This document shows positions 1 through 11,839 of a stretch of DNA of 64,000 bases, piece by piece (the stretch's first letter is position 1; every line of letters begins with the position of its first letter). Source of the stretch: Camelus dromedarius (Eukaryota); NCBI RefSeq assembly GCF_036321535.1, contig NC_087436.1, forward strand, positions 14,074,001-14,138,000, in the 5' to 3' direction. Position numbers and translations under genes: made by a program. The notes beneath the pieces were generated by a model. The model had not been told where the DNA came from. It saw nothing but the letters and a program-made list of their open reading frames with translations, and did not search any database.

Positions 1-199
1 ACCCCAAATGCAGAGCTCACCAGCAGGACAGACAGACAGGAGGACAGGCAGGCGGCCAGAACTCCAGAATGACATAAACTGAGCCTTATGCAACACAGTG
101 CCCCTCCACCTTCCAAGCCACACTCCCTCTCCAAAGTCCCAGACACGGTCCGCCCCGGCTGGTGGTCCCGGCTGGTGGCCCCGGTCACCTTGGAGGTTG

Positions 200-600
200 A
201 TGAGTCTTGGGGGAAGCTGTTGAAATGACCCACATGCCCTTTCTTAGCAACTGGGAAGCCAGGGCACAGGCCCGACCCAGGCTCAGCCAGACCAATCCAC
301 CTACTGGAGACTTTGAACTTTGAGTGAGTGAAGCAAAGAGTCAGGGAAGAGGGGACCATCTTCAGGCAATGGCCATGATGGCAGCAGAGCCGTGACTGTG
401 TCCAGAGTGTGGTGTGGGCAGAACCTTCTTCACAGTCATGTTTGAGGGCGTGATTCTGGCTGAGTTTGGCCTTGGGGCTCCCGTCTTCCCACAGCTTTCA
501 TTCCTCCTTGGCTCTCCGCGAGGTACCCAGCATCCTTTCAGTACATTTCTTTTCTACTTGAATCAGCCGAAGTTGGTGTCCGTTGCTCACATCTAAGATC
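200..600 (+). mobile_element. Ancient ERVL/MaLR-type LTR remnant (LTR33/LTR16/MLT1 group)
   Basis: 3' end 'catttcttttctacttgaatcagccgaagttggtgtccgttgctcaca' resembles the conserved terminus of these LTRs; highly diverged, boundaries approximate. Confidence 0.4.
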
Positions 601-929
601 CCCAGCAGATTCAACCAACGGCTTCAGAGAGGGGAAGATTTCCAGGTAAAGGAAACTACCTACTTCAAAAACAATTGCCATTAACTCGTCCCAGAGATGA
701 TAAAGTCAGGAGCTTCAAAGCCTCATCTGTTATTCATGATGAATGCATGTCAGAGACTCTACGCGTGGAAGGACTGGCACAAGCCTTTGACTTAGCATTT
801 CCTGTTCTCGGACTTAATCTCCAGAGGCATTCCCACAAGGATGCTGCTAGCTGTCGGGCTGGAGCTACACAAGCACGGTGGTGGTACTATTTTCTGGGAC
901 CTGATGGAGGAAATAGGTTGGGCGCAGGA

Positions 930-1560
930 TGTGGGAATAGAGGGTAACATTTAGGAAATGTTAAGTTGCAGATGCGCCTGAAATACCTGAGGGAGGTACG
1001 AGGCTGGTACTTGGATGAGCGTAAGAGTCTGGACACTAGAGATATTTGAATGAAGGAATAGGGAGGGTATAGCTCAAGTGGTAGAGCACATGCCTAGCAC
1101 ACACAAGGTCCTGGATTCAATCCAGAGAAGCCCCTCCAAAATTAAATAAATAAATAAACCTAATTATCTCCCCCCAACCAAAAAGAAAAAAAAAAGTAAT
1201 GACTGAAGGACTAGATTTGGAAGTCATCGGTAAATGGATGGTGTTCAAAGCCATGGGTGAAAACACCTGGGAAAAAGAAATGGATAGAGAAGAGTGAGAG
1301 GGCACATGTAGAGACCAGGCAGAGGGTGAAGGAGACCGGTCAGAAGTGTCTGGTGGGACAGGAGGAAAATTTGGAGGCTATGGGGTCAGGGAAAACAAGA
1401 GATGAGAGTGATTCAAGGAGAGGAAGTGGGCCGCCATGTTTGTTGCACCTGCCAGGATGGTTATATCAGATGAAGTTGGGTTGGACAACACGGAAGCCAT
1501 CGATGACCTTGATCAGTGGGGCCGTGATGTAGCTGGATGACACAAGCTTCAAATAAGATG
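930..1560. mobile_element. L2 LINE remnant interrupted by a SINE
   Basis: L2-like phrases 'gttaagttgcagatgcgcctgaaatacctgagg', 'agatttggaagtcatcggtaaatggatggtgttcaaagccatggg', 'gccatcgatgaccttgatc'. Confidence 0.55.
1061..1196 (+). mobile_element. tRNA-derived SINE (camelid vic-1-like)
   Basis: A box 'tagctcaagtgg', B box 'ggattcaatcc', conserved 'aataaacctaatta..ccccc' tail and A-rich end. Confidence 0.9.
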
Positions 1561-3879
1561 TAGTTTTTAAAGAAAAAAAAGAGAGAGAGAGAGAGAGATA
1601 ATTTGGAAATGGCCACGGAGGGGTGGTGGTTTCAAGAGAAGCAGTGTTAGGGGAGGGGATCAGTCTGGTTCCAGTCAACGCAGGATGCTGGGGACCCTGA
1701 AGGGAGGGGCTGGAGGTGTGGAATCTGCCAATCACAGCAGAGCCCAGGGTGCGGTGAGGGCGGCGGTGGGTCCATTCAGGGGAGGTGGAGATCGGAGCAG
1801 GGACAAGTCAGGGACAACTGCCTGAAGGCTCGGACTTCTCACGGGACCCAGTCTGCAGGCTGGTGAGGTCTGCAGCCCGGAGTCCTGGGGGCAGGGGGAG
1901 GGGGCCGGCTGCGGGGCAGGGGCTCTGCTTCTTGCTCAGCTTGACGGTGGTCCTGGGGGACCGCTCTGGCATGCAGCTGGCTTTATAGCTTTTTAACAGC
2001 ATCTCCCAAGGGCACAGCTGAAGCATTTGGGCTCCTTTGGCTAAATTCCCGTCTAGGTCGTATCTCAAGACTTATATTAATGTATCTCTAACAATCAGAG
2101 GTCTGTTGCATCAATTATGATACGTGCATACAATGGAAAGCTCTACGACCATTAGAAAATACGTGGTTGAAGAATATGGGAAAAATACAATAAACAGTAA
2201 AGTGTAAAAAATCAGGTTACAAAACATACAGTAGGATCCCAATTTGGCCAAACAGACCAACGCAAGTTTATCTGCCGGCAAGCGCACGTCTGGGACTAGA
2301 CTGCACAAAAACAGTAACAGCATCCTTTGTGGAGCGGAGTGTGAGGATCTTAATTTTCTTCCTGCTTTACTCTATTTTCCCCAAATGACAATGACACTGT
2401 AATGTTTATCACTTTTGTGAGCTGAGGGGAAAAAAGAAAGAAAATTAGTTCTAATAGCAGCGTCAGGTGTTTTCTTCTCTTTCTTTCTCTGAGGAGATTA
2501 TTTAAAGGCATTTCCGAGCTTCCTTCAGCTCACGATGGATACGAGACTGCTTCCCGGCACAACTCACGCCCTCACGTCAGGTGCTCCTTGAACTTGATGC
2601 GGTGCTATTGCTCCAGCTCCGAATCAGAGGATCTGGAGTTTGAATGACCGGAGAGTTCTGGCTCTACGGACCTTTTCTACAATGTCCCGGGTGAGTGGCT
2701 TCCACGTGTGCAGCTGGTTATGTTTTCTTCTAAAACCTGCTCCCTCCATCTGGTACCTTTAAGGGAGTACCTTTAAGGAGTGAAGGCAGGACCCTCTGCC
2801 TTCACTCCTCTGAGGGTAACCCTGGCTGCTTGCGGGATGGGGCAGTGACCCTCCCAGGGCCCTCGCTGCTCCCAGCCTGGTTCCCACTCCTCTCTAGCTG
2901 CCCCCATCCCCTCCTGGCCCTTGGCCTCAGATGCCCTTTCTGGCACTGCTCCTGCCAGAATGAACTCTTCTTGGGTTTAGATTTAGCCTCTGGCTCCTTC
3001 TGCTCCATTCCTCCCCAACAAGATGTTCTCACCTCTCTTCGACCCCTGGGGACAACCCCTCTCGCCTCCTCTCTGCTTGGGTCTTTGAGATCAAGGAGGG
3101 AGGAGGGAAGATTTGGACAGACCGCTTTCTGTGTGTCTCCAGGGATTTGCATTTGGTTCAATCTGGCCCATCTGTTAAGAATTTGTTTTATCCTAATTCA
3201 GTTTCAAGCTACTTACAAAGATGATTTGCATTCAGTCTCTGCCCTCTTTAAAGACACTGGCGAGCATGTTGAATGGGCTCAGGACAGAGCCCAGGTGCAG
3301 GACTCCAGAAAACCCCCACAGGCCTGATGCTCACAGAACCTAGTAACCAAACCTAACTTTGGGGACTTAGCCTGCTTTTCTTATGTTGGACAAGGCCAAG
3401 GTCAAGGGTCTTGCTGAATTCCCAGCAGAAGAATCTCAGCTACTCCACAGGCCATGGTTCTTCCTCAACCTCTCCGTTGTTGGTTGACTTAGAGCTTCGC
3501 CCTGCCAATCTGTAAAATGAGGCAAGTCTGGTCTCAGGCTGTTGGGAGTGGATGTATGTGAAAGTACTTTGTGGCCCATAATTCATGAGTGTCACCCATG
3601 GTGGTGGTTGACGGTTGAAACCCTACCAAGATAAAGCTGAGAGGCCGGCAGGACTTGTTTTTGGTGATGTGGGCCCCTCCCAATGATCACGACTTCTAAT
3701 GCTCACAAGTCATCCATTGAATAATCTGTTTTAGAATGTTGCTAGGATTTTTTTTTTTTTTTAAATCAAACTCAAGGATCTATGGCTCCTGAAAGGAATC
3801 CTGCAGCTTGGAGTAAACCTGCAGGCCCTGGTGTGTCACTGACATGGGAGTAGGACCCAGGTTGTGTACCAAACTCCTT

Positions 3880-4740
3880 TAAAACAGCCAGAAAAAGATA
3901 AACAGCCCAGTAGAGCACTGGCCAAGGGCACTGATAAGTAACTGAGAGGAAACTCGGGTACCAAAGATACTCCACCTCATTTGCCAGCAAGGAAATACAA
4001 ATTAAAATAGTGATGAGAAGTCATTTCTCATTCTTTTTTTTTTTTTTTTTTTTTGTTGTTTTTTGGGGGGAGTGGGGGGAGGTAATTAGGTTTATCTATT
4101 TAATTTATTTAACGGAGGTCCTGGGGATTGAACCCAGGACTCATGCGTGCTAAGCACGCGCTCTACCACTGAGCTCTACCCTCCCCCCATTTCTCACCCT
4201 TTAAATCAGGAAATATTCCTGATAGTCTGACCATTCCAAGTGCTGGGAGGACACAGAGGCCTGGAACGTTGAATGCTGTGGGAGGTGGGAACTGGGTGGC
4301 TCTGGGGAGCAACTGGCAATGTCTAGTTAAGCTGGAGGTGTGCAGGCTCACCTCTCGCCCCCGGCAAGACAGCACCTCAGTGTAGACTCAAGGTCAATTC
4401 TTGCCCACCCGCCCAAGGACACATGGACCATAATGTTCACAGCAGCACTGTTTATTAGGAGAAAAAGTGCAAACAACTCAGGAGTTTGATAAGAAAATGG
4501 ATTTAAGAATCGTGGTATACTTAAGCAGTGGAATTCTATTCTACAATGAAAAATGAATGAACATGAGAGGGCGTGTAAGGAAGGCATCTACGTTACTAGG
4601 GTAACGTTCTGCCTATCTTTTTTAAGCTGAGGGATGGTTATACAAATGCGATCACTTTGTAAAAAATTCCTTGAGCTGTATCTTTAAGACTTGTCGATCT
4701 TCCCGAATGGCTGTTACGCTTCAATAAAAAGGTGCAGCAA
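3880..4740 (+). mobile_element. Old L1 3' region fragment (L1M-type) with nested SINE
   Basis: 'ggaaatacaaattaaaatagtgatgaga', 'atgttcacagcagcactgttt', 'tcaataaaaag' are typical of L1 ORF2 end/3'UTR. Confidence 0.65.
4031..4187 (-). mobile_element. tRNA-derived SINE (vic-1-like) with TSD
   Basis: Reverse-complement A/B boxes ('ccactgagct', 'ggattgaaccc'), poly-T tail, TSD catttctca at 4022-4030 and 4188-4196. Confidence 0.92.
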
Positions 4741-5075
4741 AAAGGAACAAACGTGCACCACACGCACCTGCACAGGTTGATCTAAAACACAGGGTTAAAG
4801 AGACAGATCTTGCTGAAGGCTACACAAAGTAGACTGTCACTTACAAAAAGTCTAAAAGCTTGCCAGATAATGGGGTAAGTTGTTTATACACACAGGGGTG
4901 GCAGAAGTGTATAAACACTCGGAGTACGGAGGCACAAGGAACGGGTTTAGAGGGGCACAGGCAAAAACATACCCATAAACTTTTATTCCTTAAGCTGTGG
5001 TGGGTACACAAGTATATTATTGTAGTATTATTTATATTTTTGTATAAATAAAATATTTTATTTAAAACTTTGTAA

Positions 5076-5288
5076 TAGGGGGAGGATATAGCTCAGTGGT
5101 GGAGCATGTGCTTAGCATGCACAAGGTCCTGGGTTCAATCCCCAGGACCTCTATTAAAAATATAATAATAAATACATAAAAAGCTTAATTACTCCCCCCA
5201 CCATCCCACAAAACAAAAATTCAGCGTGGTAAAGGAACTTCAAAATATGTTCAGTGATCTCACTGATATGTGGAATCTAATAACAAAA
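5076..5288 (+). mobile_element. tRNA-derived SINE plus extra 3' segment within one TSD
   Basis: SINE body 5078-~5220; TSD aaaactttgtaa at 5064-5075 and 5289-5300 also encloses ~70 bp ending in L1 3'UTR-like 'atctcactgatatgtggaatctaa'. Confidence 0.85.
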
Positions 5289-5444
5289 AAAACTTTGTAA
5301 AAAAATCAGGACACATTACGTCTGTCTCCAGTTCTCCAGTTTTCTGGTTCACTGCTTTTTTCCACGATTCCCACAGGTGGTCTCAGAAGCCTAGAGTCCT
5401 GTCCGCATGTTTTTCTTGGGCTGAGGGGAAGTAGCGGTGAAAAC

Positions 5445-5650
5445 CCAGGAATCAGACTGCCTGCACTCAAATCCCAACTCCGCCATTTGCTGGCTGTGTG
5501 ACCTTGGGCAAGTGATTTAACCTCCCTGTGCCACAGTTTATGCATCTATAAAATGGGGATGATAACAACACCTCGGACAGGGCTGTTGGTAGGATTAACT
5601 GAGTTCAAACCTGTAGAACTGCCTAGCAGACAGTCTGCACTGTGTTATTT
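5445..5650 (+). mobile_element. MIR SINE
   Basis: MIR core 'gctgtgtgaccttgggcaagtgatttaacctccctgtgccacagttt..catctataaaatggggatgataa'. Confidence 0.9.
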
Positions 5651-6995
5651 ATTCTGATGAACCTGCCAGGCTGAAGTCGGCTCACCTTCCTTCACTCTCA
5701 TCGTCCACCCTCTCTGGCCCTCCTCCTAGCCTGAAGGCACAAAACCAAAATAAAAGCAGAGCATTCCCACATTCTGACTGTTTACTTCTCAGTCGAAAGG
5801 CCCGTTCCTCCTCCTCTGCCTTCTTGATCCGCCCTTCACCCTAAAACCCTACTGCTGTCGCCTTTAGCCATCTTCTCAAGCGTGAGCACATTCTGGACCT
5901 GCCTCCCTGACCTTCTACTTCAGAGGCCATTCATTGTTTTGTTGGGGACACTTGGTGTTTTAAAATATTTGAAACAGTCGCCTGCATTTCTCAATCAGGG
6001 GAGTTCCCCTTAAAGTCAGGATCCTCAGCTTCTGTTGAGAAATTGGACCATCTGGCAACATTAGGCCCACACCCCCGTGTGGCAGCCACTGACCTGGGCA
6101 GAAGGACAGCCCAGGTGATCTCCACAGCCCTCCCGACTGCCTCACACAGGTGCCATCCGCAGAGGACAAGGGACAGGTGTCCGCCGTGCAGAGGCGCCTG
6201 GCCAGGGCACCAGGGGCACTGAAACATACCCAGGCTCTGCTCAACAGGCTGTGGCCCTGAAGTGGGGGTACATCTCCCCGAAGACAGGTCCCAGTTTCCT
6301 CAGTGACATCTGGGCTTGAGATGGCCCTGTTCCATCCCCTGGCTTGCTCTGGGCAGCCGAGTTAGCAAGAGCCCCTTCAGCTGGCGGGCCCATTCCCTGC
6401 TCAGTACCATTCTGTTCTGGGTGCCTTCTGTAAAGTGTATCTCCCCTTTGAGTCCTTGTGAGAAAGCCCCTGAGGGTGACTCGTTAGAGGAGAAAATATT
6501 TCACTGAAGTTAAAGCGCGTCTGAGATTCCCTGGAGACGTGAATTATCTGTGACGAGCAGAGGGCAGCACGTTTCTGGCACCTGTGCCGTCACCTCGGCC
6601 TCCAGCATCTGGGCTCATCACTCCCGATCAGCACCCCCGGTGTCTGGAGGAGGGGATGGCTGTGGGGGGTGGGGGACAGAAGGGGTGGGAGCAAGAGACC
6701 AGTGCCTCAGTGTCCCTTGTGAGGATGGCAGGGCTGAAAGGTTTGGAGCCCCTGGAATTTCTTCATAATTGCAGATGTCTGACCCTCATCTGGCTTTCTT
6801 GGTGATTTGCCAATAATAAGCCTCAACCCCAAGGGAATAAATGCAGATTTGTGGGAGCAACAAGACAAAAGTTGAGTTTTAAGACCATCTACTCAGCAGG
6901 TGATGTGAGGGAGAGGGGAAACCAAAGAGATAGTGGGTCTAGCTTTGGCAGCTGATGAGGAAGGGAAGCTGACCATATCCCAGGCCTTCTGACAG

Positions 6996-7395
6996 CAGTT
7001 TAGGATAAAATCCTAAATAGCACTGGTCTCCTGTAAGGAAGACCAAAGACAGGCAGTTTATGCCTAGGCGGAGGCTTCAGGGATCCAGACTTCTCTCATG
7101 CTCCACCACCCTCAATATGAGGCCTCCACCTCATTGCTTCAAGGTGGCTGCATGGGCTCCAGCCATTATGTCAGAATTTTAACCATCCAGAAAGAGGAGA
7201 AAGAGAAGGGCTCGCCCCACACTTTAAGGTTACATCTTAAAAGTCTCACACATTTCCACCTACATCCCACTGGCAAGAACGTAGTTGCCTGGCCCCACCT
7301 AGCTGGAAGAAAGGTGAGAAAGTGTGGTCTTTATCTGAGCAACCTTGTGCCCAGATACAACCACAGTCTCTACGGGGAAGCAAGAGGGGAGAACA
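6996..7395 (-). repeat. Left arm of long inverted repeat; ancient ERVL/MaLR-type LTR sequence
   Basis: Reverse complement of ~11431-11839; about 30 mismatches and 2 small gaps over ~368 hand-aligned bases; contains 'cctacatcccactggcaagaacgtagttgcctggccccacctagctg' typical of LTR16/LTR33/MLT1J-K group. Confidence 0.9.
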
Positions 7396-7529
7396 AAGAG
7401 TATGAAAATGAATATATATATGTTCATGTTTGACTGAAGCATATGTTGTACACCAGAAACTGACACAACACTGTAAATTGATCATACTGCAATTAAAAAT
7501 TAATATATTTAAAAAAAAAAACAAAAACT
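7396..7529 (+). mobile_element. Short 5'-truncated artiodactyl-type L1 3' end with poly(A)
   Basis: 'gttgtacaccagaaactgacacaacactgtaaattgatcatactgcaattaaaaa' plus A tail; TSD gggagaaca at 7387-7395 and 7530-7538. Confidence 0.85.
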
Positions 7530-8561
7530 GGGAGAACAGATCCTGGGGGTCTGGGTGTGAGAGGAGGACCATGGAGCAGAACCAGCAGGAGGCCAGCAGG
7601 CTTTTAGAGACACTGTCTCTTTCTCTAACTATAGGTTCCTTCTCTGCGTGGAATTTTATTTCTGAGAAGCTCCCTTTTTTCTTGACTAGTTTCTTTTTCA
7701 GATTCTCAGATCTTGAAATCTGCCATTCTTAAGTCAATCATTTCTAACCAGAATGTCAAACATCCTGCAGAACCCCCCACGAGGGCTGTTCTGTTACTTA
7801 TTCTAAGACAATGCTTGAGATACACGTGGAATCAAGTCCCCCCACCCCCGCACCGACCCTGCCCGAGTCACCAAGGCTCCCCCCAACCCCGTGGCCCAAA
7901 TGAGATCCTGACCAGAGCCCCCTCCACCGCCTCTGCGAGCCCCGTTACCAAGCCCGCAGTGCCCAGATGAGAACTGCTTTAACTGGGACGTTGTACAAGT
8001 TGGGGGAAAGGAGGATATTGGGACATGATCTGCAAGCAGCTTGAGGTGGCAGACATACTTAAGTCTCTTTTTCTTTCAAGTTTCAGGTTTAGTGTTTTGG
8101 GAAACTTTCTCTCAAAGAAAGAACCGCAAGCCCAGCCGTCAGATTTCTGCCCAGGACTGACTGAACACACACTCATGAGCGGCCGGCAGGCCGGGGCGGG
8201 GGGGCGGCACGGCAGATGGAGGGGAGCAGGGGGCAATTTAACTGTCGCATGTTTTTGCCTTGATATGGAGAAAGCCTGCAGCACTGGTCCCTTGCCTGTT
8301 GTTTCAGGAAAAAATTAAAGGGAAAAAGTGTTTTCTTGGTTTAAAAAAAAAATCTGTCAGAATATAGGTGGAAGAAAAGCAGTTAAGGGGGAATATAAAA
8401 GGCAGTGCAAGCCAATTGAGATCTGTGATCCTTAGCGAACGGACCCAAACATTGAACTGAAAGTGGTTCCGATTCTGCACTGCTGATTTCCTGCAGCCCA
8501 GACCCTGCTTTCCAAGTGAAGCCATTCCAGAACAGAAAAGGAGAATATTTAAATCCTCCCT

Positions 8562-8790
8562 GTGTTCTGGGCTGAATGTTTGCGCCCCGCAGGTTTCATA
8601 TGTCGAAACGCTATTCCTCATGTGATGAGCTCGGGGGGTGGAGTCTCTGGAAGGCTGTTAGAATTAGATGAGGTCATGTGGGCGGGGTCCTCATGATCAG
8701 TGATCAGTGCCTTCACAAGGGTCAGCAGAGAGCGTGCTTCCTCCCTCTGCTCTCCACCACGTGAGGCTACAGCTCAAAGTAGGCGTAGCT
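8562..8790 (+). mobile_element. MaLR LTR (MLT1A-like), partial
   Basis: Starts 'tgttctgggctgaatgtttgcgcccc..ttcatatgtcgaaac', internal 'ttagatgaggtcatg..ggggtcctcatgat'. Confidence 0.8.
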
Positions 8791-8820
8791 TAGCCTAGTC
8801 TGGTTATACGGAAAATTACA

Positions 8821-9142
8821 CAGTCATCCCTCGGTTTCCTCAGGGGATTAGTTCCAGCCCCCCCTCCCTGCCCCTGAATACCAAAATCCACAGATGCTCA
8901 AGTCCCTTACATAAAATGGGTGGTATCTGCATATAACCTGTGCCTAGCCTCCCGTATGCTTTCAATCATCTCTAGATTACTTACAACACCTAATACAATG
9001 TAAATGCTAGGTAAATAGTCATTGGTGCAGCGAATTCAAGTTTTGCTTTCTGGAACTTTCTGGAAAGTTTTTTTCTGAATACATTTGATCTGAGGTCTGT
9101 GGAATCTGTGGGTGTGGAACCCACAGATACAGAGGGCTGATG
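8821..9142 (+). mobile_element. MER2 (Tigger-type non-autonomous DNA transposon)
   Basis: Termini 'cagtcatccctcgg' and 'gatacagagggctgatg'; internal 'ccaaaatccacagatgctcaagtccctta'. Confidence 0.88.
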
Positions 9143-9341
9143 GTATCAACAATAAATACACATGCCTATATGTACCACTCACACTACACTTCCCAAATGA
9201 AAAAAAAAAAATGTACCTCTCTGGGGTCCCGTCATCACTTTCTCACAATCCTGTCTCTATTTGCAATGACTAGATCTAGCTGTCTTTGTGGGGAAAGAGA
9301 AGTATCGATGCGCCAAGGTAAAAACATGGAGAAAGTAGACT

Positions 9342-9851
9342 TGTGAATGAACAATATTGCCTTTCATATCAGTAAACAAAGGATGCTGTGGCCATCAAGT
9401 CATCAGCCGTTACCGCCACCCCTGACAGTAAGCAGAGGGAACTGAGGATGGAAACCAGCAGGCAGCCTGGCCTCTGCCACCACCCCCAAACAGTGACCCT
9501 GGAGGGAACTCAGGATGGGAAAGCACAGGATACTGGCCCTGGAGAGCCAGGTGCATATTAAAGGAATTATCTGATTGAGCACAGACTTTTGCAACTTCCC
9601 ATATCTAGAAAAGTGCCAAATTCCTTAACTTGGGGTATCTGGTTTTCTTTAGTTAACAGTAATCTTTTAGTGTTCTGACTACCTGGTCTTTGTTGCAGGA
9701 ACTCCTATATATCCTGGCTCCTCCCATATCTTTTTGGAGCAGTCCATCAGAGCCATCTGAGAGGCTGTTGCCCCAGGCTCACGCCGTCAGAAATGTCCGC
9801 CAAACAAAGCATAACTCTCAACTTGTAGGTTGTGCATATTTTCAATCGATG
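9342..9851 (+). mobile_element. Solo ERV1-class LTR (cetartiodactyl LTR39-like)
   Basis: TG start, TATA-like 'tatatat' near 9707, terminal 'cataactctcaacttgtaggttgtgcatattttcaatcga'; possible 4-bp TSD gact/aact. Confidence 0.75.
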
Positions 9852-10227
9852 AACTGGAGGTGAAAGGAGAGCACAGCAGAAGGGCAGCATCTTGAAGGGA
9901 TACGAGCTTTTAGGTGGTGTCGATCAGGAAGTACTTATCGTCCTTCTGGTGCTGAGGTCTTCACTGACACCCAGAGCTCAGAAATAGGCTTTGCAGAAGG
10001 GCTGGGGGCTTAGCCGAGAGGTCTTTGAATTGGGTTCAGACTCGAGTTCCCTGGCTCCGTCCTTACTTTACCGTTGCACCTGTCCCTTTACCGGTGTAAA
10101 AGGGATAGGAAAATCCCACCTCTACACAGCAATTTCAGTGTCCCTGTCCCTGCTCTAAGCACTTTGTGGATGTTGAAACATTTGATGCTTACAACAACAC
10201 TTTGAAGTTGGTACCCTTTTTACTCCT

Positions 10228-10677
10228 TGAAATAGCCTGAATAACAGCCCCAAAGCTATCCAATCCCAACCTCTGAAATCAGTAAACATCACCTTACACG
10301 GAGAAAGAGTCTTTGCAGATGTGACTGAGTAACGGTCCAGAGGTGGGTGAGTGACCTGGCAGGCCCCAAATGCCACCACGTGTCCTTGTAAGAGACAGAG
10401 AGTGGGAGAGTAAGACCACAGAGGAGGAGGATGCAACGTGACCACAGAGCCAGGATTGGGGTGATGGAGCCATAAGCCAAGGAATGCTGGCAGCCATCAG
10501 AAGCTGGAAGAGGCAATGAAAGGATTCTCATCTACAGCCTCTAGAGGGGGGCTGATTTCAGACTCCTGTCTCCAGAATTGTGGAAGAATAAACTTCTGTT
10601 GTTGCAAGCCACCCAGTAGGTGGCAAGTTGTTATGCAAATTGTAAATTTGTTGCACCAGTCACAGGAAACTGGTATG
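10228..10677 (+). mobile_element. MaLR LTR (MLT1D-like) inserted in a MIR
   Basis: 'ctttgcagatgtgact', 'agccaaggaatgctggcagccatcagaagctggaagaggcaa', 'gaataaacttctgttgttgcaagccacc'; MIR resumes 'cccattttacagatgaagaaa' at 10681. Confidence 0.85.
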
Positions 10678-10989
10678 TGCCCATTTTACAGATGAAGAAA
10701 AAGAGGCACAAGGAGATTATGTGACCTGTTTGGGTCCCCCAGCTGATGAACAGCATAGCCAGATCTGCATGCAGAGTAGGGTGTCTCTAGGCCTGGAATG
10801 CGTCTGCCTGCTGCTGAGAGGACCCAGTGACCCAGTGGAGGTGGGGACCTTGCTCTTGGCATAATGTGAGTGGCTTTGCCCCAGAGGAGGCAGGGAGTCA
10901 TTCAGTGCCACTTTCGCTCCGTGTTCACTGAAATTTAGCCACCAGCCCCTGGCACTGTTGTCTCTGCGGTCCGCACAGGCCTGGTGCGC

Positions 10990-11150
10990 TGCAGAACGTC
11001 GCCCCGCCCACTGCCAGTCAATGGGCCACGCCCCCTGGAGACCAGCTGTCTGGCCGAAGCTTGGGCGCCCACAGGTTAGCGGGTGCAGCTCCAGCTGCTG
11101 CAGTTTATTTCTAGTGGGTTCCGGCCTGCGCTGAAATGTTATGCAAATCA
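10990..11150. promoter_or_regulatory. Candidate enhancer/promoter motif cluster
   Basis: GC box gccccgccc (11001), KLF/SP gccacgccccc (11025-11035), CAGCTG E-boxes, octamer ATGCAAAT (11141-11148), locally raised CpG. Confidence 0.35.
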
Positions 11151-11430
11151 GGTTTATATGTGATCCTGGGAAAAGAAAGCGAGAACAAACGTCAGACCAT
11201 GGTTCTTCCTTAATAAAAGCATGAATACACACCTATGGGGTCCAGGTAGGAAGCTACAGGGGTGGGATGGGGGGAAAACCAGTGTCCTTACTGATGGGGG
11301 CTCAGCTAACACAGCTCAACCCTTTTCCCTGGACAAGAAGGGGACAGTGTGCTACTCAAGAAATAGTGCTGCCCAGGCTCCTTCATGAACTGTCCCTTTG
11401 GCTTATTCCTTACAACAGAGACTCCCCTAC

Positions 11431-11839
11431 AGTCTCTTCTCCCCTTCTTGCCTCCCAGCAGAGGCCTTGGTTGTAGCTGGGCACAAGGCTGCCCAGAATA
11501 AAGATCACACTTTCTCACCTTTCTTCCAACTAGGTGGGGCCAGGCAACTACGTTCTGGCCAGTGGGATGTAGGTGGAAATGTGTGAGACTTTTAAGATGC
11601 TATCTTAAAGTCTGGGGAGAGCCCTTGTCTCTCTCCTCTTTCTGGCTGGTGAAAATCCCAACATAATGGCTGGAGCTCACGCAGCCACCTTGAAGCAATG
11701 AGGTGGAAGCCTCATGTTGAGGGTGGTGGAGGAGCAAGTGAGAAGTCTGGATCCCTGAAGCCTCTGCCTAGGCATAAACTGCTTGTCTTTGGGCTTCCTT
11801 ACAGGAGACCACTGCTATTCAGGATTTTAGCCTAAACTG
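11431..11839 (+). repeat. Right arm of long inverted repeat; ancient ERVL/MaLR-type LTR sequence
   Basis: Reverse complement of 6996-7395; the ORF track shows the same peptide KDHTFSPFFQLGGARQLRSxQWDVGGNV on opposite strands. Confidence 0.9.

Noticed and set aside
154..184. 13-bp tandem unit cccggctggtgg(t/c), about 2.4 copies
   Set aside because: Ordinary slippage duplication; no spacers, not CRISPR-like
1061..1135. tRNA-like sequence with A and B boxes (here and at all similar copies)
   Set aside because: Dispersed SINE heads with A tails and TSDs, not tRNA genes
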